Below are positions 9,321 through 22,227 of a stretch of 64,000 nucleotides of DNA, in pieces (position 1 is the first letter of the stretch; each line of letters begins with the position of its first letter). The position numbers and the translations under genes are program-made. The stretch is from Macrostomum lignano (taxonomy: Eukaryota), in assembly GCA_002269645.1 (NCBI GenBank), contig NIVC01000832.1, forward strand, positions 62,001 to 126,000. The letters are read 5' to 3'. The notes beneath the pieces are model-generated. The model was not told the origin of the DNA. It saw nothing but the letters and a program-made list of their open reading frames with translations, and did not search any database.

Positions 9321-10315
9321 GGCAGATCCGGCAGGCCAAGATATGCTTCGCCATCAGCGTCAACTCCTACCAAAGTACCCTTCTTGTTGAGAAACTTCAG
9401 GTGCTCTTGGCCGCGTTCACCCAACTTATAGAGTAACACAAAAATCACTTCATCCTGAAGACGCTCTGGTGTGCTTCTGTCAAAGTATTTCCGCAGTCGA
9501 TCTAGGTCACTATCCTCGATTGGGGGATATTGTTTTCTGACTGAACCGGATCCAATGAACTCTCGGACTTTGGCGCGTAGCATTCGGTTAGCGGCTGCAA
9601 ATTCACCTCCGGAAATTATGTTGACTGGGCGCTTGAGAATTAGGGCGAAATATCGCTGAATGCCGGCACGAATGCACACCAAGGACGCAGGCGAGTAAAT
9701 TCCATCAACTTTCTTCAAAGAGAAGTAATAGTAGCGCAGAAACTCGCTTAGCATAGCCTCGGACATTGCCAGGAGAGACAGTTCTGTTTGTCTACTTAAA
9801 AAATCCACAATTGCTTTACCATGTTGGAACATCAGTTCTTGCGTAGTTTTATGAAGCGAATCGATTTCAATGCGATCCAGGTCGCCAACCGTCAGAGGAG
9901 CGTCATCTGATATATCCGGTAGGGGTGTATCCAGAACCGAATGGTCATCCATCGTAGGATCTTCTAAGAAACGGATGAACTCCGCTAGGTCAGCGTCGCC
10001 AGCGTGGTCGGTTGCACTCAGCAGAGAAAGGAAATCAATTTCGCTTGAAGACACTCCGTTAAGAGAATCGTTAGGCAGATTTTTCCAATTTATTAGATGC
10101 ATTTTAGTGATTGATGTTAAAGCAAGCAAGCTTATATCAAGCCACAGTCCCCTGCATTTCTCTACTCTATATTCACTCGATAGTCTATGGTACAGTTGGA
10201 ATCGCTCCATAGCGCTTCCTATGGCCGTCTCGATGTCGTTGTCGATGTCTATGACCAAAACCTGCTCAGTCTGAATCAGAAGACGTTTCTGATTCGCTGA
10301 GACATCGTTAAACAA
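9321..10315 (-). mobile_element. Crypton-type (DUF3504-associated) tyrosine recombinase fragment, lacking the catalytic C-terminus
   Basis: LSEFLRYYYFSLKKVDGIYSPASLVCIRAGIQRY..EFAAANRML..YPPIEDSDLDRLRKYF..PERLQDEVIF..LGERGQEHL..DADGEAY matches animal Crypton YR N-core. GC content steps up at about 9320. Confidence 0.8.
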
Positions 10316-10374
10316 TCGGCGTTAAACAACGCTTCAGCGTTAAACAATGCTTCTAGTCGAGTATGCTAAACGTC

Positions 10375-10466
10375 TATACATACGGTACTATCGTTAAACA
10401 ATAAGCAAAGATCACTCGTGGCTACGCCACCTCCACCTCTTGTTTACCTCTAGTACCGTATGTATA
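10375..10466. repeat. Perfect 16-bp inverted repeat upstream of the recombinase ORF
   Basis: tatacatacggtacta (10375-10390) and tagtaccgtatgtata (10451-10466), with four CGTTAAACAA motifs nearby. Confidence 0.8.
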
Positions 10467-13191
10467 ATCTCCCATTGTCTCGAACTTAGAGTTGGTCGTA
10501 GAACGCTAAGAGATTTCTTCTCATATTCAGTCGTCGATTAGGCGGGGTATCGGTTGTCCGTTTTCGAGTAGATTGATCACCATGGCGATGGCGGAGTCAG
10601 CACTAATGGGTCTGGAGCTCTTTGCGAGTAACTAGTCTCGGTATGTGATCTGTCAAATTCATTTGGCGTCTTCTTTTGGCTGAGCGAGTCGGGTCCGCGT
10701 CGGCTGTTGCGGCTTTACTCGGAGACTAGAGCTCCCAGACTCGGGAGGCAAAAGCCCGCAGCTGGCAGTGAAGCAGACTGACTGCTTCCTGGCACTCTGC
10801 TATCAACTTGACCACTCTACACTGCTGCGACCGTCCGTGCGCTGTCTCCAAGTTTCTTACGTCAACACGAGGATTCGCAGCCGCTGCCTGATTGACAATT
10901 GGCGACTTCATCATGCATCTATCACAGGCACGCATGAGACAGGCAGGTAAACCGTTCGTAGCAGCGAAGAAGTACTGCATGTTAAAATCGATTGGCTTAG
11001 GGCTGTGCCATGCAGGGGAGGGTGTAAAATGGCATTTTTAAATGCACAAGCAAGCACAATGCATAGCAATATAAGGTAATCCATTCAATATACCTCGAAC
11101 GGCTTCCACCGTCTAAATGTAGACAGGCTGATCTAGGGACGCTCAGAAAACGGCTAGGCACTTACTATGCAACGACTTCAGGATGGCACACAAGTATCGC
11201 TTCTGCCGCTTCTCCCTTTCGCCTGTCACGCGACCGACGCCCGTGATTGTCTCGTGCTTTGCTTCGCTGACACGTGAATTTTCATCTTCGTAGAAGAAGT
11301 CGACAATGTGCTTTTGTCTCCCTGACTCGCTTCACTGCTTGCTTTTTCAGAATCTTAGCTGTGGCACCAAAAACCCCAGCACTGCCTTGCGCTGTGCTCC
11401 AACTGGTGTGCTTGCCACAATGCACTGTGCATTGTGCCAATTCCATCCGACAGATGAAAAACGCCGTACTTTTGCAATCGCATCCCTTATTACCTGCCTT
11501 GCTATTTCAGCATTTTTGTGTTGACGCTCCGCCTTAGCTAAATGGCGCTGCTCCCTGCGCAGTTGGGACGCAACTTGCTTATGGCCCACTGATGACTGAA
11601 GATAGCATCTTCATAGTGCCCAACCAACTTCCTGTGCTTTCATAACCGGGTGGCATCGGAGCGAGAAAGTTCACCGTGTCGGCCCTTTTCCGGCATCTGA
11701 AAATGGTAAACAGCTACGTTAGCTTCGATAGGGCGCTGTCTTTCAAACAGCACTGCTGCTGTTTCTGCTTCACCTGCTTTCTAGAAGGTTTACACGGCAT
11801 GCTCTGAAAAGGTTCGATAATATATAATTAGGACGGAATTTCAGCCCAGATATGTGGCACATATGCTTCTCTCTGTATCATATGTGCTGCTGCCAGTAGT
11901 AGTAGCATTTTTGCTTATTTTTTTCAATTACAGTTTTATACGAGTATGCCTTTTTGTATCATAAAGCATAATGTGGATTTCAAGTTAATTAATTGTCAAC
12001 TTATTTTTGAGCATGAATATAAGTTATTAAAGTATTATAATCTTTATGATCCCCCAAAATTATTTATCCTTATCAAATGATTTACTTAATTTACTAAAAA
12101 ATTACTTTAGTTCAATATAACTCTTTTTGGTAGAAAATCATCAAACGGCATCAAAGCTAGACTCGCTCAACTATTGTGAGCAGTATATGTAACATTTTAT
12201 ATATTTAAAATTTTCTAACTATCCTCAAGTACTAAATTTATGCAGTCTGTTTCTCTATCTTATCTATCTATCTTATCTATCTTTCTTTATCTATGCAGAT
12301 AAGTCTCAGTAAAACAAAATTCTGCGGCCCTAAGTGTAGCGTATGAGTTTCTTTTAGGTTGTCAACATCATTTCTACAGAATTTGTAAAATTAAAAAAGT
12401 CAATTCATTTGAGGGTCCTGTGTCACTCGCTCTGGTACCTGTCGCCGCTCGTGGACTAACAGGCGTGCACTGTCCTGTTTCGCAGGTCGGATGCTTTGCA
12501 ACTGTTGTCGGTGCATTACAGACTGTCCAGCGAGAAAGCGTTGCAATAGGCGTTGATAACACGGATGCAGATGATGGCGGTACGAGTGGTGGGGCTTCGT
12601 TACCGTTCTCCTCCTCAGCCTTGGCCTGCTTCTGCCTCATCTGCCTTTGCTTCTGCCTTGTGACTGCCTCTGCTTCGCTTTCACTGGCCGCAATCTCACA
12701 GGCCGATGTCCTTTTACGATATTTTAAGCTGGTTGTCCATTTATTGCTACTTATTAGTAGCAGTGTAGAACTAATGTGTGTAATTTGAAGTATCAGTTTT
12801 ATCATTTTTGCAGACATGCGTAATATTTTTGCGGTTCATATATATGCCAGTTTGGCCAGCTACTGGCCGCTGGATAATTATCATGATTTAAGTTTAGCTC
12901 TAAAAAATCATTTTTCTTTCGAGAAATATGAGTCGATGCTTAAATCACCATATGATATATATTCTAAATTTCTAATGCAATTGCTTTTTCGTATATCACA
13001 AATCAAAAACAAATATCGGATTGAAATGCGAAAATTGCATCATTTGATTTTAGTTGTAGCATTATACTAGTACAGATTATTTTACGATAACCTAACATGA
13101 GTGCTAGGCACATAAGGAAAATGACAATTCCTTTTTCGACTAAAATCTGCATCTGACCTAAAATCATATTCAATATCTCAATGTATTATAG

Positions 13192-13227
<36 letters not shown>

Positions 13228-13230
<3 letters not shown>

Positions 13231-13539
13231 TTTGGTCCCTCACAATATTAAAAAATTCCGTATCCGCTGTCTGCTGTCATTCCGGTGAACGCTGCTACGC
13301 GGAACCGCTTTCCGAACTTTTCGAACGAACGTAAGTAGTTGATATTTGTATGCCATATATATATATATGTATGTATATGTATGTATGTATGTATATGTAT
13401 ATATATGTATATGGCATACAAATATCAACTACTTACGTTCGTTCGAAAAGTTCGGAAAGCGGTTCCGCGTAGCAGCGTTCACCGGAATGACAGCAGACAG
13501 CGGATACGGAATTTTTTAATATTGTGAGGGACCAAATCT
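13228..13539. repeat. Foldback with 132-bp arms (13228-13359 and 13408-13539) and a TA/TATG spacer
   Basis: The arms are reverse complements; the left arm is preceded by (TA)n at about 13193-13227. Confidence 0.95.
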
Positions 13540-16224
13540 CGCAGTTGCCTAACACAATCAGACATATCCACCTTAGTAAAAATAATTTGCAGAGCTGTGG
13601 CGCTGTACAGTTCGTGGTTGTATAAAACTTTACACTCGATGGGTCTTTCGTAATATCTTGGAAGATTTAGCCAATCGTCGCGTGTATAATGCTGTTCTTT
13701 CAAGAAAAAAACAGAAGGAAAGGCACTTTAATAACGTCATCGTCGTCTTGAAAAATAATATGACAGCTGAAAAAGCTCATGATTAAGATGTGGAAGCGAA
13801 GTGTAGAGCTAAATTTAGACCGGGACTTTGTTAAGAGGTAATGGGATGTATATCAAACCAGAAGTTTTGCTTTTCGCTTCTTAAATGCGGAGCCAATGGG
13901 GACAAACTCGTCCCAAAAGGGACATGAACATACGATCATTGGTGGGATTCATGCCTCACACCCGCTCTACCGAGCCAATGCATGCATTCCGCCACTTCAC
14001 TCTAAAACCAACCCAAACAAGCAAACATGCTTTTTTAATTTTTAGTATAGCAAGTTCACTTAAAACATACACACAAACAACGCTAGAGTTTTAGTATTTA
14101 GAGAAGTCAATTTGTAAACTTTTTATATTAACATATGAGAAAGGCCAAATTTGAATTTCCACCCTCTCCTAGGAAACCAAGCTTTTTATGAACTTTAGTT
14201 AAAATGTATCTCATCCCCACCTCATTTTGGTATAAATAAAAGCGAAATTCGTTCACAGAGAGGCAACCATTTTCTTGGCTTAAAGGTGATTTGCCTGACA
14301 AACTGAATAAGCTAGTTGTTAAAGCCTTCCTTATTTGCTGAAGTTAAGAGTGAATGCTCATTGGACAGGTAGAAAATACCAAGAGCACAAGACGAAGAGT
14401 CTAAGAGCCAATAGCGGAATAGCAGAGTAGGGGCGTAGGGAGCCAATTTACAAGGGAGGAATATCCCAATAGAATTGTTCGAATTGAACAGCCAATAAGA
14501 AGTCGTATCTGACAAAAGTAAATCCGTAAGAGAAAATTGAATTTCAGCGGGCAACCTCGATCCATTGGAGTTCGCCGCTTTCGAACTTAGTCACCCCCTT
14601 AGCTAAACAGTGTATTGCCGCTCGGGCACTGTGCGCTACCATGGCGATCCTTACTTACGTGAAAGCCCATAACCCAACTCCACAACATTGTAATCTTAGT
14701 AGTTTATGACAACTCCAACCGAATAATTTCTATAAGAGTCTAAATTATAACAAGTTTACCCTGTAATAACTTTTTGACATTGTGGGATTGCAAACCATAG
14801 AAGATTAGCCCTCGTGCAACTTGATTACTTGGATATTTTAGTAAAAGACAAATACGATTGTTACAACTTTTGGCACCTGTGGGATCATTAGCCGTAGTTA
14901 GCCGTAGGACCATTAGCACTGTCAAATATATTTTTAAGCATCTGCGAGGGGTGTCTGGGAAACATTATTCAATGTAGTGCATAATTATGTGAATGAACAT
15001 TATTTCAGGAAAATAGGTGTCGCTTTATTATGAAAATGGACATTCTTCAATCTCTATAATTCCATGACTTAAGTAGCTAACAGGTAAAGTTAATTCCATT
15101 GACCTGTAAATGATGAAAATCCACCGTTCTCATAATCATAGCGGCCTAGGTCTTCTAAAATGTCTAAAAGAAGCAGGGAACCGACTAAAAAGGCATTGGC
15201 AACAAAAAGAAAGTGCTTAGCAAAAGCAAGAGTTGAAGGAAAACAAATTGTGACAATGCTATAATTTATTTGCTACGGAAGCTAGGCCTTTTGACATTGA
15301 TAGCTTCCACAAATATATTACTCAATTCCTTCTCGTCGTGACTCAGAAGCAGACAATCAGCTTGAGTATACTGCTGCTTTAGTTAAAGTAGTTAAGTCAT
15401 ACTTTACTCTACTTTAATTGAGGTTAACATCAACATGCTCCAAGTGTTTTATGTTATTTGCATAAATTGACTTCGTATACAAAACAACAATGTCTGCTTC
15501 TTGTTTGCCTTGACTACTGTTCTTCAGGGTTTTTTGTTTACCGAGAGGGAGGCCCTTCCCTGACGCAGCAGTAAGCAATATCGTTGTCAGATGTCTAACA
15601 TTCTAAAGTAGTAAAATTTAAGCATTCCGCTTATCAAGTCACTGCAAATTGATTCTGAAGTTTAAGTAACCTTAATGCTTTCCGACATTAATTAGTTGTA
15701 GCAAACTACAATTTTTGTCTGTCCTCTATTATCTACTAACAGTTGTTACACTAATACTAAAACCAACCCTTCTTGTAAAGTTTTGCACTTTTATACAACT
15801 GTCATATGAAAAAAATTGGCAATAAGTGTACGTTTGCATCCTTTAATTAATGTTTAAAAAATTATTTTAGTTATTGCTTACTGCATAGTTAACAAGGCAA
15901 AGTCACTAACAACGTTAATAAAGCTATTAAATGCCAGGTAAAGGTAGGCACAAAAAGTGGGCCATAAACAACCTGCATGGAAAATTTGTTCTTAAATACA
16001 GTGTTCAATACAAACAATGTCATTGGCTGAAAGGATTAGAAAAAAATTAAACACTGCACTACAACAGAATTGTGGAACTGGAAAGGAGAAGGAATCGACT
16101 ATTAGAGTTAAATTATTGGTAAAAGTAATTAAAAATGCTAAACAGGCAAGACAAGAAAAATTTAGACGTTTAAAGAAAGATAACAAACAAAAATCTCGTA
16201 GCAATAGTTTCACAGCAGTTTTGC

Positions 16225-17200
16225 AGTAATCTCATAGCAATGATCTCATAGCGGCTCTTTGAAAATTTCATAGTAGCGATCAAATAATCTCAAAGTAGCT
16301 TCTCAATAATCTCATAGCAATAATCTTATAGCAGCTTTGCAATAATCTCAAAGCAATAATCTGATAGCAGCTTCGCAATAATCTCATAGCAATAATCTCG
16401 TAGCAGTTTTGCAATAATCTCATAGCAATGATATCATAGCGGCTCTTCGAAAATCTCATAATAGCGATCAATAATCTCAGTAACTTCTTAATAATCTCAT
16501 AGCAATAATCTCATAGCAGTTTTGCAGTAATCTCATAGCAATGATCTCATAGCAGCTCTTCGAAAATCTCATAGTAGCTCTTAAATAATCTCATAGCAAT
16601 AATCTCATAGAAGCTTTGCAATAATCTCAAAGCAATAATCTCATAACAGCTTTGTAATAATCTCGTAGCAGTTATCTCATAGCAGTTTTTCAATAATCTC
16701 AAAGCAATGTTCTCATAGCAGCTCTTCGAAAATCTCATAGTAGCTCTCAAATAATCTCATAGTAGCTCGCAAATAATTTCATAGTAGCTCCTCAATAATC
16801 ACATAGCAATAATCTCATGGTAGCTTTACAATCATTGTCCTAGCAGTTTTACAATAATCTCATAGCAGTTTTACAATAATCTTATAGCAGTTGTACAATA
16901 ATCTCAGCAGTTGTACAATAATCTCAGCAGTTTTGCAACAATTTCACAGCAGCTCTTCAATAATCTCACAGCAGCTGTTTAATCATCTCATAGAAGTTTT
17001 ACAATAATTTCATAGCAGTTTTACAATAATTTCATAGCAGTTTTACAATAATTTCATAGCAGTTTTACAATAATTTCATAGCAGTTTTACAATAATTTCA
17101 TAGCAGACTTACAATAATCTCATAGCAGTTTTACAATAATCTCATAGCAGTTTTACAATAATCTCATAGCAGTTTTACAATAATCTCATAGCAGTTTTAC
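16225..17200. repeat. Minisatellite of about 22-bp units (aataatctcatagcagttttac) with higher-order variants
   Basis: Dozens of visible units, followed by (AACCT/AATCT)n at about 17204-17255; an inverted short array lies at about 17515-17590. Confidence 0.95.
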
Positions 17201-17931
17201 AATAACCACCTAATCTAATAATCTAACCTAATCTAATCTAATCTAACCTAATAATCTTCATTAGGCATTGACGGACACACGGATGTTAGTGATTAAGTGT
17301 AAGAAGAAAGAAAAACTGTAAGTTGAATTAGCAGTATAAGTCGTGGGAAAAGTGCGGCTAGAAAAACAGGTAAGATTGCTGTGTCAATTCTAAAATGCTC
17401 CAACCTCAACATTTCGACTGTTTTGGACACGGGTTTCCAACAGCATTTAGAAACCTAATGAAAGACTGAAGTACAGGCAGGTCTCGCAAACAGTGTTGAC
17501 TTTTTGTTATAAGATTATTGCACAGCTGCTATGAGATTATTGCAAAGCTTCTACGAGATTATTACAAAGCTGCTATGAGATTATTGCTCTGAGAGCTGGT
17601 AAAAGTCCACCATCTAGATCAAAATTGTCCGCCCTTTCCGAGCAACTAACTTTCAAAGTCATCCGACGTCAGCATCGTCGAGATATTCAGCAATTCTTGT
17701 CGAAGACACTGGTGGCAAGGGCAACCAACACTACACTGTATAAACCTTGATGGTAAATCCATATTGGCTCATTAATCTGGTTCCATCTGTCGTAGAGGCC
17801 TTTGTTCTCAGCATCCAAGGCACCAGGGTCCCCTTCATCACCGTCTGGAGCATCAGCGGCGACCGTCGGGACCTTCAACAAAAGCACCCGATCGGCATAT
17901 CAGAGACGGCTGCGTTCCCAAAACTGAAACG

Positions 17932-18323
17932 AAAGATTCCTCTTCTGCATGCAGCATTCATTCAGTAGAGATAATCGGTGAATGAAATGAACAATGGTGA
18001 CCCTCTAGGCTGACCTATAGACATACAGGCGACCTTCGGGACCTTCAACGAAGTGCCACCACGCTGCCCCGATGAGCTGGCACCACCAACATCGTGATTT
18101 TTCTATCAAGGCACCAAACCAGGCATTTCTGCATATTATACGGTGCTTTTGCACCATGTTAAATTGGAAAACTACAGATTTAACTGACGTCGGGGCCGCG
18201 TGGTGGCACTTCGTTGAAGGTCCCGAAGGTCGCCTGGCCTGTATATCTACAGGGTCGCCATCGTCCATTTCATTCACCGATAATCTCTACTGAATGAATG
18301 CTGCATGTAGAAAAGGAATCTTT
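17932..18323. mobile_element. MITE-like element with about 130-bp terminal inverted repeats
   Basis: 17932-18064 is the reverse complement of 18198-18323 (aaagattcc...gaccttcaacgaagtgccaccacgc). Confidence 0.75.
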
Positions 18324-18328
18324 AGCTA

Positions 18329-19310
18329 ACTGTTCCCTACTGCACTGCTTCTTCTTTTTTTGGCTTGGCACTAACTTCTTCTTTCTGATATTCTGCTTGT
18401 GGTACTGAAGTACTTCTCCTTCTCGGGTTCTCGAAGATGTTCCTGAAAATAGAACCCGCTGCTCCTGAAGTAGCTAGATAGCACCGCAGTACTACCTATC
18501 GATTTGCCTGAAAATGAACCTAAAACGTTGCCGTTACTTGGTAGGGTTGCTGCCACCTTGGTGTGCGGACTCGACGCGTCGGCAGAGTTGTCTATCCGTC
18601 ACCTGAAAGAAAATTAACAAAGTCGCTCGGAGCAAAGGCAAATCTGAAAATGTCTCGACAGTCGATCGTCTTAGTAAATGCTGCTCGAACCTGAAAACCT
18701 GTAAAACCTGAAATGAGAGAGGAGAGCTCGGAGGCAGTGGCAGCTCCTGTCTAGGAAGCTCCCGAACGCGGCTCACGATCTGGAGAAAAACGGCTCTCAG
18801 ATACTCCGTATTTATAGCCGAGCGGACCCCCAAAAGTCACGTGAGTTTCATGCGGTGAGCGCGTGAAACTTCCTTATTTGGGCATTGGAATCATGCGGGC
18901 GACGCGTGATCCAAGGCCAACTTCCAAATAAGGCAACCCTGTCACGCAGCAGTGGCGTGACTCAAGGTCAGTGGCCACGCACAGAGTGCGTGCACAGTCA
19001 CGTGCTTAGTCTGTGCTAAAAATAGAATCGTGGGCGGATGAGTCATCCTGTTTACTCCCTCTAGGCAGCCCTTACACTCCGCGCAGGTGATGAGTCATCC
19101 TGCTACGCCTCCTCAGCGCGAGTGGGAAGACATTGAGTGTGGCTGCCCGCGCCCGCTCAGGCGATGAGTCATTGGGCAGTAAACACATAGGCCCAGCACA
19201 GAGTATCTCTCTCACTAGCTCAGGTGGACTGAGATACTGTGCAGCGGATCACAGCACTCTTAAGGGAAGCTAGTGAATGCTGCTGAATAGCCAGTTAGCA
19301 GCCAGTCACT
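18329..19310 (-). mobile_element. Probable 3' LTR of the adjacent Gypsy element
   Basis: Follows the integrase stop; TATAAATA on the minus strand at 18809-18816; clustered TGAGTCA sites; possible TG...CA ends. Boundaries are uncertain. Confidence 0.45.
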
Positions 19311-20416
19311 ACAGTACCTTCATTAAATTTTCCCTATGCATAATAAATTCTTCCTTCCTAGCCTTCTTATTTTTGGTAACTGGTCTGATCTTAAAGCCTA
19401 CTTCTGATAGTTGTTCTACAATTTCGTAAACTGCCCTTTGCTTTCTGTGAAATTTGTTAGCCTCTGTGTTAGCAATTAATGGATTATTAGTAAATACTAA
19501 GCTTCCTACATGCAATGTTTTCGGCTTAGGCTTGTTGGAGTACTCCTGCTCACGGTTTTGCTGCACTAACTTTAATCTCTTTCTCGTAGTTCATGGCCTT
19601 CCTGCAGATTCTGCTGATGTTCCTGGACATAAGATCGCAAATCCTGGAACTGTTTTCGCTCGTTCAGCTCATTGTCACAGGGCATTCTGGCCTCGTCCAA
19701 AGACTAAATAGTGCGGTCTAAATCCTGTGGCAGTGTGCGTGCTGATTCTCAGAGCTGTCATGCAACCTGCCAACAGAACGTCCCAGTCGGAATGCTCCTT
19801 CTCCAGTAAACAGGTGAGAGTTGATTTAATCTGCTTATTAAGGTTTTCTACTAAGCCATTGCTCTGCGGATGATAACCAGTTGTTCGAGTGTGTCTAATG
19901 CCATAAAGGTCTAAAAATTTCTTTAAGGCCCTACCAGTGAACTGTGTTCCCTGGTCTGTGTGAACCCATTGTGGAATCCCAAAATCAGCGAAAACTCGTT
20001 CTTGTAGAATTTTGATAACTGTTTTAGCCTTCTGATTCCTAATTGCGAATGCAAATGGAAACTTGCTAGTGCTGTCTATGACTGAAAGTACATATTTGTT
20101 ACCTGCTTTGCTAGTTTGGCCAATAGGTCCTATCAGATCTGTGTTATCTACGTTATCTACCAAACGGTTCGACTACAGGATAGATCTAAATTGGTGCCTT
20201 GATTCTTCGTCTAGTTTTGCTTTCTTAGCATGATTTACATTTGGCTAGATAGCGTTCAACTGCTATTGCTAATCCTGGCCTCCAAAATCGAGTCTTAATT
20301 CTCTGATAAGTTTTATCTAGACCTAGGTGTCCCGCTAACGGTGAATCATGGAATTGGTGAAAGACTTCACTATCCAGAGACTTGGGCAACACTACTTTTG
20401 GATCAGTCTGCCCCAC
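19309..20416 (-). pseudogene. Ty3/Gypsy integrase (HHCC zinc finger, DDE core, C-terminal domain), fragmented
   Basis: HDSPLAGHLG..KCKSC; TDLIGP, HTDQGTQF, YHPQSNGLVE; C-terminal LHVGSLVF..YEIVEQLSEVGFKI. Confidence 0.95.
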
Positions 20417-20539
20417 AGATGTCTACCTTGGGTAAACCATCCTCAATTCTGAGCAACTCATAGTAACCTAAAAGGTTCCTACAGTCGTGGGTTAACCCTA
20501 GTCATTCTTGTAATGTCGGTTTAGGCGAGTCTTCTCAAT

Positions 20540-21515
20540 TACCCGCCTGGCTTTTTCATCCTGAAATTGGTCGAAGAGAGTTCCGGAGTTTTGTCCGGTG
20601 CGTAGTGCATTTTTCCCAATAAAAAACCGGGAAAAAGCCGGACAAAAAGTTTATAAAACGGACCAAAGCATAAAAATCTGACCCATTCCATTCTTTCGGA
20701 TGTGTGTCCGGGGTTGGTCTGAAATTTTATCCGGGTGTCAATCCGCATGGTACCGGACGAGCATGCAGAGCTTTTTCCGGACGAAAACCGGATTTCCACA
20801 ACACACGGCCAAAGCGGAAAAGAAACCGGGAGCAGTTTCCAGAAAGAAATCGGATGTTCGCAGAGTTGGCCCGTTTTTGGAAGCCTGTTGCTCGGCACTA
20901 GTCGGTGAAGGATGGTTAACATGCGCGTCACACCTTCACGCGACAGCCTTAATTCTTGGCAGCACGAGTTAATCTCACACATTGCTTCGCCTAGTGTCCC
21001 GGGCAACGCGAGATGCCATTCGTACATCAGTTTGGCTGCAAAAGGCTGTTCTTCAGCTTCCCGGTCAGAGCCGCTGCCACCTAGGAAGGAAAGTAGGATG
21101 GGTACTTGCAGCCTGGCAGTGTTCGGTTCGGCAGAGGGGTAATGTATGCAAGACACACGGCTGGCCGTCTGATCATAGAAATGGATAAGCAATGAATGCG
21201 CCTGTTTTACCTAAGGATTCCGATTGTTCGTCGTCGCCTGCGTCACTTCTCCGAGCTGTCACTGTGACTGCTCTAATCTGAGCCGCACTGCCGTCCTTCG
21301 TATTCGTCCGCATCGCTCTCCTCTGAGCTGTCGCTCTGACGGCTCCGGGCAGCGTTGCTCTCATTCACAGTAGGACGTGGGTAATCCTCGGAGTTTGTTA
21401 CCTGTACTACAGGTGACCGAGAGCGCTCTCGTGGCGTTTGCCTGCGACGCTGTTGCATATACCGCCGCATATACAAGCGTCGCCGAAGCTCTGGATTAAT
21501 TTTTACGCCATCCAT
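20540..21515 (-). mobile_element. Possible internally deleted EnSpm/CACTA-like DNA transposon
   Basis: LRLSREGVTRMLTILHRLVPSNRLPKT resembles the N-terminal region of animal CACTA-type transposases; dense TCCGGA-type subterminal motifs at 20580-20880. Confidence 0.35.
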
Positions 21516-22227
21516 TAGTTAGGATTTTATGCACTGTGACTCTGCGCCTGCTGGAAATCAAATACAGGTTGTGTATGACTGTAAACTGGTATTGTGCAAA
21601 TGTGCAAAATGTGCAAACTGGTATTTAACCAGAGATAAATGTGCTAACAATGTTCGACCACTACGACATTTACTAGAAGGGTAAATCTAAACGTATGGGG
21701 TATTACACTATGTTTTTCAACGACTAGCGATCTATACATGTATGGGTCGGGTCCATTTATAAAAGCAAATATAGTACAGCTGAAAGACGTCTTCGAAATA
21801 TGGCTTTGGGGGCTTCAGTTTATTTTATCCTGATGGGAAATCTGAAGGGGTGTTGGAGGCTCACTTTTTGGCGCTAGCCAGTAATCATAAACTACAAGTA
21901 CAAATCAAAATTAATGTTCCCATCCCCTGCGTCACTTTCCGCGACATTACGAAGAGGAGCACCAAATAGGTACTCGTCGTGGTTTCAAATGTTAATGGAT
22001 CTCGGAAACACCGGCGAATCCGGCTCAGCCGACTCTACTCCCCGATGGAAAATCTGGAGGGGTTGGAAACTCACTTTATTGGCCCCGGCCAAAATAAATT
22101 TCTTTCGCATCAAATTAATTCTTTTCTTAGTCTATATTACCGGGCCTAACTGGGTAATAAACGAATAAGTGGGAACGAAGTTATCGTCTTCAAGGTCAAG
22201 TTCAGTAATCATCCTTGGGCATGTAAC

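Noticed and set aside
9143-10315. Single functional 390-aa gene
   Set aside because: It joins two truncated enzymes from different elements; kept only as a chimera finding.
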